A program made the position numbers and the translations under genes. This document shows positions 54,911 through 64,000 of a stretch of DNA of 64,000 nucleotides, one piece after another (within the stretch, counting starts at the first letter, position 1; every line of letters begins with the position of its first letter). The DNA comes from Tubiluchus corallicola. Taxonomy: Eukaryota > Animalia > Priapulida. The stretch is from positions 1,382,359 through 1,446,358 of the forward strand of contig JAQGDQ010000012.1 of NCBI GenBank assembly GCA_030141605.1, read 5' to 3'. The notes below the pieces were generated by a model. That model did no database searches, was not told the DNA's origin, and saw nothing but the letters and a program-made list of their open reading frames with translations.

Positions 54911-55967
54911 GTGAGCGAGTTCAATGTTTTTCTTAATAGTCTGTGTTCATACTACTTTATTTAACATTTTTGGTCTGTGCACTGAAAAAACTTATTATTT
55001 TGTTCAAAGTCGGAACAGCCGAAAGGGAAAAGTTGCATGACAAAATTTTATTTTTCCATGACCACGCTGCTTATTGCCGGAAGTTTCTAGCAATTTCAAA
55101 AAGTGGGTTTTCTTGAAGATCAAAACGGTATCATAAAACCAAAATAAAGCATTAGAATTATTCATATTGCATTGTAAACTTTACTTCTGTCTTTACACAA
55201 TTAATGCTGCCCGGTTTTGAAGATTTCTTCCATTCTCAATACTCCAAAATAAAGAAAATTACCACATGTAAAAACAAAGTACTTTAAATCACGAGAATTC
55301 CGCAAAACAACAATGGAAAGTTATAATAAAATAAATAGTGTACATGCTTTTTAGTTTATTATACTGGCCTAGAAATGCAATTTGAAATCAAACGAAATTA
55401 GTCTTATTGAACTATACAAAGTTACGAACGAATGGAATATAAATTAAACTAAATCAAGGTTGCATATAAATACACTAAATTTTTTGCGTCATTAAGTTGC
55501 AACGGGGACATAAATAAATTTAATTTTGTACATATTTTTAGTTTATTTTTGGTTAGTACTGAAATTCATGAAAACTTATTTTGCTGAAACTATTATGTAC
55601 AATAATTTAAAAGAATACGAGTACAAAATTCCTTAGTCAAATAAAATTATTGGACTATTTTTCTTCTGAGTAATAAACGGTTGAGTAATGTTTGTTATTA
55701 TGAGTTTTATCATTCGTGGGTGTTGATAAGGAAACCGATCAAAAAAGACGTTGAATGCTAACGTTTGTAGTTAAACTTAAACCAATAAGTACAACTGCAA
55801 GCGTTTGGTTGTTGAGATGTTAAACCTACGACTTGACGCTAAACTCACAAACCTTTGGACCTGTAAGGTACGTCTGATGCACAGGCAGATACGATTACCA
55901 CGCGCCATGTTATTACATTTGTGCAGACATACTTGTGCATAAGTAACTGTGAATTTTCAAAATTAAC

Positions 55968-56019
55968 ATGAAGGTCAAAGTAGTTATTACGATTACGCTA
56001 CTTTTGTGGTGCAGTCACG
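55968..56019 (+). CDS. Ig protein coding exon 1 (signal peptide)
   Basis: MKVKVVITITLLLWCSH; G|gtaagt phase 1; acceptor tgcag ending at 55926. Confidence 0.82.
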
Positions 56020-59000
56020 GTAAGTGCCGAAATAGCTATTATGCTGTAAAAAAGAAAGAGAAACCTATTACTAAAATTAACATTGGATAATTACTTTTAA
56101 TAGTTTTATAGATATGACGCTGCGGGGTTTTATATTCGTTAATTAGGTATATCAGTTTTTGTAACATTCAGCTTTTGTTTTATTAACGAAGCACTAATCA
56201 ATAATTATGACATTACTTTTTAGTACGCCATTAGTGCCGATTTATATTATCAAATATTTTTTACTTCAAAGTCCTGTGTGTACAATTATTGCTTATTAAT
56301 GATAATGTACTTATTGTTGTTGTTGTTGCTAGGATTTATTAAAATCCAATAGCCTTTTGGAAGAAAATGACCCCGTGTTTTTGTATGTTTATACTAATGG
56401 CCTAAATTTTGTCCATTTTGAACAGCTTATTCAATAATAGGAGATACCACGTTACAGGACTAGGAAAATAGTTTCTTGAGAATACAACAATAGTTAAAAC
56501 TAATGTAGTGCCGTTACTATATATTGATTTTTTAAACAAAATGATTGCTTTTTATTTCTTTATTTCTAGTGTATAGCGAAGAAAGTGCCCCGATGCTTGG
56601 CTTACGGGCCAGCGAATACTTTACTAAGCAACCTCAGGATGCCACATTAACGGAATATTCGACTTTTATCATAGATTGTGGTGTGGCGGAAGGTGACAAC
56701 TGGATAGCGTATGAGGTAAGACAATCTGATAAAACTGGATGAAGCCATGTAAAACATAAATTACAACCATATTTCGAGCTTTTAGAAACTTTTAGATTTC
56801 CAAAACTTAAAGAGATAAAATATCATGTGTAATTTTGTGCAGAATTGTCATGTGCAGGTTTCCAAAACGGTGGGTAGGTCCGCCTCCTACACACATGCAC
56901 GAGCTGATTAAGCTTTAGAATGCCCAGTTTATTATCAAATGACACTCTCGGCAATATAACGCAGAAACAATGATTGCAAAACTTTAATAATCAATTTAAT
57001 TAAGCAAACAAACAAATCTTCAAAACCCAGGTACCAAAAACATTTTAACAAACTGGATGGGGTACACCGAATTGGACCAAATAAAAAACAATACGTTACA
57101 GTTTCAACATTCGCGAGGTGGCAGCTCCTGTCACGAGTGGCAGCTCCAGGCCTGGAGGACGATTCTGCTGAAGGTTGTGGAGGACTCAGACATCGGCATC
57201 AGATCCATACCAAACGAGGAATCCACCGAGCTAATGCATGCTGGAAACAGACTGGGGTAGCTTTCCAATCCATCTGTCTTGTAAACACATCCAAGGTAGA
57301 AAGATGATTCGTCTAGCTCAATTAAATCAGCATCGGCAGGTGATATTTATAGTGTGGACTTCGTCAAATTTCCATCTCGTCTGGAAACTATCGTCTCCGG
57401 AACCGAACAGCTATCAGCTTCTACACGTACTTCTTGGCCGTAAGTCAACCTCAAACGCCTTGACAGGAACAACGTCCAGAAAGGTGCTCTTTGTGTTATT
57501 TACAACTGGCGACGCCCATAAAACGTAGTCACCATGTACATCGCTTAATTGATCAAACGCGGCAGCAAACATGCATAATTAACGTGTTAAACTTCTGTGT
57601 GATTTCTCTGCATTAAACAAACATCAAGAAAAACAGTTTAGAAAGCACTGTCATGACCAGGCGGCGTTCTAGATCAAGACATTACACCACCATTTTGCTT
57701 TTTTTCTATCCAAAACTTCAGTGGTCACGTAGTCTATTTCTCAGGTATATCAGAAGCCAGGTCGATTTCCTATTGGCTGAATTTCAAGGTAAACCAGTTA
57801 TACACATTATTTACATATCATTTACGTTAGAAAAAAACTAGTTACAATTTCAAACAACAGGTATCAGCGCAAGATTATAGTAAGAATTTATCAAATGTTA
57901 ACTTATTAACTAAAGGGAGTAAATAATTATTGCCGAGGTGTTGCATACAAAAATACATAATCTGCTAATAGGAACCATTACAGTCGTCGTCGTCGTCGAC
58001 GTCGTCATCATCGTCACAATCATTATCATTTACATGTTTTTACTGACACTATTACTGTAATTACAGTGAATATTAAGTAGCACCATACTCAAAAAGTTGC
58101 CTTTGCAAGAAAAATTAAAGCATATTTATATATATATTCCACATAACATGTAACACAATTTTTATAACATTATTCACACACTGGTATTTATTATAATAAT
58201 ATCGAAAACAACCTATATAAATAACTACCAGTTTTCAAACATGGACTGGTTGACAGAATCATCTTCACCACCACCATCCTCCTCCTCCTCCTCCTCCTCC
58301 TCGTCGTCGTCATCATCGTCATCTTTGTCATTTTAATCATCATCAGCATTCATCAACAGTAATAACAAGAACAATGACAACGACAATGATAATGACAACG
58401 GCAACAAGGATCCTTAACCCCATGGTTATAACGTTTCACCTTCAGTAAGATGCTGATCTACGCACAATGCACAGAGAGGTGCTTTGAGTGATTTAGCCCT
58501 TCGAACCTGCGATTATGGTGCACTGCAAAGATTCGTTATACAACAAACTTGACAAAGGAAAAAATCGAAAATAATAATTATAGGGTGCAATGAATATGCA
58601 GCTTTATCTGACTTAGCTAATTTTTCCTTTAAGGGAACTCGGCTGAAAATTCTGTTAACCTAGCTGATTTACGGTGTGAGTCAGCTGATGTAGTAGCAAC
58701 TGACTGAGCTTCAGCCTCTAAAATGCTCACTGGCTAATATTCCGCTAGGCTTTTTCACGTTAGCGAAAATCCAGACAAATTGATTTGAGTCAGTTGGATC
58801 AACATCATTTTTTATTACACTTGAAAGCCGCAAGTGGCAAAAAAAACTGTAAAATGGAGTATGCCCACCAAACCGATTGTAATTTGCAATTTTGCATGCT
58901 GAGGATGCTGAATTTCATAGCACGTTTTACTTAGCAATGCACTACTATTTTCAACTGAAGATTTGTGTGGTGTGTTGTTGTTTTAGCTGCTGCCACAGCA

Positions 59001-62000
59001 CTGCTGACTTGCTAAGCAAATTGTTTACCGTTCATAAGCACGCAAATTGCTCAAATTATGAAATGCAGTCAAATTCAGAATCCAAAAAGCAATTTTTTTC
59101 TTGTTTTTGTTTCGTTTTTGTAACTAATTGACTCATGTATGTATGTGGTCGACAAGAAACAATTCAGTGATCACAGTTTTAGCACATTCTAAAAGACTTG
59201 GACTTGAACATACAAAGACCAAGTCGTACGTCTGACATTACAATTAATGTTGTCAACGGCAAATTTGTTTTGTCAAAATTATACATGTGGTCATATGGAA
59301 GTCTGGAATTTTTTAGCAATTTTTATTTAAATACGAGTATAAATTATAAATACATTTTTCAGGTTAAATGGTACAGAAACGGTGATCATCTTAACACCGA
59401 TTTCTACCCCAGATATGACTGGGTTGCTGGTAGCGCAGAAGAGTGTATAAGTACAGATGAATGCAGCCTGAAAATTATTAATGCTACTTTTGAGGACAAT
59501 GCAGACTGGTTTTGTCAAATTACTGCTCGGAAGCAAGGACTAACTGACCCAGATATTTATGATTCCGTCAAGGCCACCATAACTATAGCAAGTAAGATGC
59601 TCTGCCTCATTAATGATTGCAGAATATGAGTAACGGAATAAGTACAGTATTAGTTTTAGATTATCTACGCCATTGAATATTATTGAATAAGAGGGAATAT
59701 TGAGTAATGCGATTTTGAGGATGACAGGTTATTATCGCAAGTACTACCAGAACGTTTTTACCTTTGGCGTGCCGTTGAAGAAACATGAAAAAGCCTTGTG
59801 GACTAGTGTCTGTCAGTCATGATTCGACAAAATGAAATCCATCTTGATGAGCTCATTAGTGCTGATAGCTACTGATTTCAAGCGATAGATGTATGTGATT
59901 TGACAGGCGTGTGCAGTGTGCATAGGGAGAGGGCTAGGCGGGCTTGAGCCCCTGCCATTTTTGCTCTTTTATTCAAAAAGACCCCTTTTAGTCAAAATAA
60001 AAAATGGTTTTTGACAGAAGAAAATTAGCACTTGGTTTTTGAATGTTTATTCTACTAATATTTCAAAAGTTCGAATGATAGGAACCCACTGGCTTCTTTT
60101 TGCAGGATGCCTAAAAGTTATGAACGTAGGTAAAATCGTACGTACATGTAAATATATCACGGTAAGAAAGACAGGTGATATTTTCTCTGTTTTTCCACTT
60201 GTGCCCTTTTGTGCCTTGTTTGCCATGTCATTATTAACTGCGATATTTTCATCTTGCTGTCATTTGCTTACTGTGTCCAACACAGTCTGAATATGTCATC
60301 TAAAATATGGCATTTAGTTATGTCATCTAAAATATATGTATTCACAATCGCTTCTAAAAAGCTCACCTTGACTTACTATTATTGTCTCACTTAATACTAT
60401 ATGTGGATGCGCCCAAACCAATATTAACAATAACGTCAGTACGGCTTTGATTTGGTGCGATAAACCTGAAATAAATTTATTTATAAAGTACAAAAATCGA
60501 AAAACAAGAAGAAAATAGTAACTGCAGAAATCTAGCGAAAAAATGATAATTAGCAAACAGTGGCGATTAACAAGTAAATAAATGAGTTAAGAAAAAATAA
60601 TATAAGTAAGTAGACTTAGTATTACGCATTTAAAATCAAAATTAAAGAGAAGATATACTATTGTTGCTTTACATAATATTAGCAATAGATCGCATACGAA
60701 ATTAAAACGTCATATGATAATTAGCACTAAAAGTAGAATCATTTATGGCTACTTACGATTTTAGTGGCCTTACTTAAACATCACACTTGTCAGTAAGATA
60801 TAATTCGAAAACCAGAACTACATGTACACTCTGACAGAAAATGAGAACGACAGGTCTATAAGTATAGAGAGTAGAGTATACAAGCGTGCGGTGATTCATT
60901 TCAAGTGGTAATGTATAGTAGGGATATACAGTCGCATTCACACTATATTTTGCGTGGTGTACTTTTTTCATGTGGGATGTACGCCTTTTGTTATGATTTC
61001 GAAAGCTACTGTTTTAACTAATCCTTACGGTATATAAAACAGTTTTAGGGTAGGGTTGGATGTAAGGCCTCTTTGGAGCAAAGCCCTTTCAGGATATTTC
61101 ATAGAAATGCCAAACAGACGACGTTACCAATGTGTGGTATAATGAAAGCTCATAAACAGATAAAAGCAGATAAGAATTTTATGTAAAGGGGAAAATGACG
61201 AAAGGCCCATTTAATTGTTCTCATTTCTATTGTCTCATTTATAACGTACCAAATAACCACTTTTGCAAGTAGGCGTGTACAGGCAGCATATTTGCTCCGA
61301 ATTCAAAAGAAGCACGTTCTTCTTTTGAAAGGCAAAGTTCATAAATACAGTAGTTGAAGATGATTTACGTATTTTGATTATAGATTAATTAATTTTGTTC
61401 ATTTCGAAAACAAAGTTTTGTAATAGAAAATATTTTTGCCGTAATAGGTAAAGTGTTTGTCCTGCTTTTATCTGCAATAAAACCACTTTGTGTTTGTACG
61501 CATAAAATGACACGTAGGGCAAATGGCCTTAGCTTGTGCCTTAATGAACAACTATATAGATTACTTTGAGTACTTTTACCAAATGTTTTTCGGCCACTCT
61601 AAGCTCCTAGGAGAGTGTAACCTGTAACTTTAACAGTAACTTTTCTCACAAAACGAGTCTTTCTGCGCTATTAGTATGAATAAATTATCGAGGACCAAAA
61701 CTATAAATATACGTCAATATGATCTTAGGGTTTAGTGCGCCTTTAATGAAATCTCACTATATTTAACTTTTTTTACAGTTGCGCCCAAGAACATGTATTT
61801 TCAGTACGAAGGAGAAGATTTAACTGCGAATGAAACCGTGACAGAAACCGAAGGCGAACCATTTCGATTAACATGCGTGATGAATCAAACTAATCCTGAT
61901 CCAGAACGCTACATAACTTGGTATCGTCAGAAATATCCTCACGAAGACGTAAGTTGATATGTACATTGTAGACCTTATTTCAAATTAAGACGCACAACTA

Positions 62001-63297
62001 TAATGCTCAACGTCAAATTGTTGTGGGAGCCTACAGATTTTTTACTTTAGGTAACACAAAAAATGCACTGCAGCATTTTTATAGTACAGGATGTTTTACA
62101 TTGAAGTCTTTTTTCAATGTTTTCAATTTATCTATGTAAGCTCTGGAATGAATCAAAAGCAGTCTTTGAGAATTCTTTTGACATTTACGTTTTTACTGTG
62201 TCACTGATATTACAACGAGCTATGAGATACTTTCTCTACACAGAATGCCCCGTCTATAGTGGAATTGTCACCAGAGCCCTTGCAATTTGAAAGATTCGGC
62301 TCTCCATGATTTTTATATTCAACTACATCTAAATGGAAAAGGTCCTTAAACAAGATTAAAAGAACTTCATGAACTAGATTTAATAATTAGAGATTAATGA
62401 TTGAAATACTGGTACTGAAATACATGTGTTATCATTAGCTGAAGAACTTCTGAAGGAAGTAGATCATATGTGTACGTCTAGCAGTGAAATAGTTCTTTTT
62501 ACTCATGTAGTTTTACTCAAATAATTCTCAAAAGTTTTAGCTTATATGTGCATATTTTGAAACGTTTTGGTTTATTTGTTTGTTGCCTTTTCAAAAAATT
62601 AAAAACATACATTGATGTAAAATGCATGTATAGTGAGACACCAGTATAATAAATTTTAATGTGAGTTTCTATAGTTTCTAACCGAGTTTAGGCTGAGAAT
62701 CCAGAAAGTACTTAAAAAGCGCATCAACTTGAAAAGTAATATTTTCATTGCAGCATTGCTAATCTGAGCTAACTGTTTCTAAAATCCATCGTGCGCGATA
62801 AGAACGAAATTAAATTCAGGAAATTAGTCAATTAAATTCAGCCAATCAATTTAAGATCATTACATTTCTGATACCAATGTAATGTAGACGAATCCACTAT
62901 TCCGAATAGTGGCAGCAGATGTGCAACCCTGCTTAGAGTAATTGAAATAATTCTTCCGAATAATACTTAAAGCATTAAAGAAAATAAAAGAAAATTGATA
63001 CCATGAGAAATTCGACAGAATATAAATACAAAAAAACCTCGGCGCTAAACCTTATATTCTACAAAACTTAGGCGTTTTTACTTTGTAACGATTTTACATT
63101 TCAGGAAGAAACGATTGAAAATACAGAATATTATTCTTGGGGAGATGATACGACGATGATCAATGCTCAGAGTTCTATAATGTACGAAGCTGTAAACAGG
63201 ACTGATCACAAAACCAGACTAAGATGCACGATTGACTATGTAGTCGATGAAGAACACTACTTCAATAGCACAATAACAATCGAAATGGATATCCAGT
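55968..63297 (+). CDS. Ig-superfamily cell-surface/adhesion protein (Neph/Kirre/nephrin-like), 5' portion; continues beyond the window
   Basis: Five phase-consistent exons give a signal peptide, an Ig domain (FTKQPQD..C..VKWYRNG..SLKIINA..DNADWFCQ) and a C2-type Ig domain (LTC..NP..ITWY..DH..LRC). Confidence 0.85.
56570..56715 (+). CDS. Ig protein exon 2
   Basis: VYSEESAPMLGLRASEYFTKQPQDATLTEYSTFIIDCGVAEGDNWIAYE; ttctag|..|gtaaga; phase 1-0. Confidence 0.88.
57030..57540 (-). mobile_element. Decayed RTE-like LINE 3' fragment in the Ig gene intron
   Basis: GC-elevated block; minus-strand LTYGQE and CISSV..G.D..MSE..LELP remnants; many stops. Confidence 0.35.
58260..58408. repeat. Mixed trinucleotide low-complexity tract
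   Basis: (CAC), (CCT), (CGT), (CAT) and (AAC/GAC) runs. Confidence 0.75.
59363..59591 (+). CDS. Ig protein exon 3
   Basis: VKWYRNGDHLNTDFYPRYDW..CSLKIINATFEDNADWFCQITAR..KATITIA; tttcag|..|gtaaga; phase 0-1. Confidence 0.92.
61779..61948 (+). CDS. Ig protein exon 4
   Basis: IAPKNMYFQYEGEDLTANETVTETEGEPFRLTCVMNQTNPDPERYITWYRQKYPHED; ttacag|..|gtaagt; phase 1-0. Confidence 0.9.
63105..63297 (+). CDS. Ig protein exon 5
   Basis: EETIENTEYYSWGDDTTMINAQSSIMYEAVNRTDHKTRLRCTIDYVVDEEHYFNSTITIEMDIQ; tttcag|..|gtaagt; phase 0-1. Confidence 0.9.
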
Positions 63298-64000
63298 GTA
63301 AGTAAAAATAAAAAACATAGTAGTTTGTCCCATGCAGTTGTCCCAAAATAGTAAAAGCAAGCCGTTATAAAAATGTGATTTTATATCCCATCAAAAAATT
63401 TGCAAGAAAATGAAACGTCATGAGAAATCTTGTAGAATGTTGCAAGTTCTGTTACACATATGAAGTTCATTAAGCTGGTCATTACAAAATTATTTTCTAT
63501 GCGTGATAAACTGATATGCTATTTGTTCCTATATTTATACACTGGCTATCCTTAGTATGGCTACTAACTGTCGGAACTACTTTAAAGTTAAAAGTTTTGA
63601 AAAATACAGCGTGTACTTCGAAGCAATAAGCAAAAGTAAAACTTGTTATGCAGCTATTTCTTTGGACCGATACACAAATCAGTAGTCGGCTCGCTAAGCC
63701 ACTATCCCCTCGCTCAGCGTCACAAACTCTTGCTCGTTGACAGCCGTTACGGTTTAGAAAAACTACCGCACACGGGAAAAACACGAAAAATGAGTGGACT
63801 TTTTTAAAAAATTTAAAAATCTATTAAAAGATGAATTTTGTCATTTAATGCAGAAAATGCATTACTGTTATACTTAAAGGGCTACAAAAATCGACTAGCA
63901 AATCATCGCAAAAAGGATTTAATAATCTCATTCAAGGATATATGCGTGACATCAAGGTTTTATGTGAAAGATTAATCGTTATTACAGGTCAACCTAAATG

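Overview
AT-rich, intron- and repeat-rich eukaryotic (metazoan, probably invertebrate) genomic DNA; no prokaryotic features or CRISPR. Two divergently oriented genes were assembled by hand from GT-AG splice sites with consistent phases. (1) Minus strand: a complete class C GPCR of the metabotropic glutamate receptor family, 12 coding exons from 39182 to 4666, 955 aa, with signal peptide, Venus flytrap, Cys-rich domain, 7TM and a C-tail ending ETEL. It keeps the alpha-amino-acid binding residues but has lost the basic residues that bind glutamate's distal carboxylate, as in mXR/Mangetout-like receptors. It also has a candidate 18-nt in-frame microexon followed by a cluster of RBFOX motifs. (2) Plus strand: the 5' part (5 coding exons from 55968, running off the window) of a secreted or membrane Ig-superfamily protein with Neph/Kirre/nephrin-like architecture. 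In both genes an upstream ORF stops on top of the main start codon (TAATG and ATGA). Introns and intergenic DNA hold MITE-like elements (two inverted copies bracket receptor exons 6-10), decayed LINE fragments, 5S rRNA- and tRNA-derived SINE-like heads, and many microsatellites that explain most of the ORF track.
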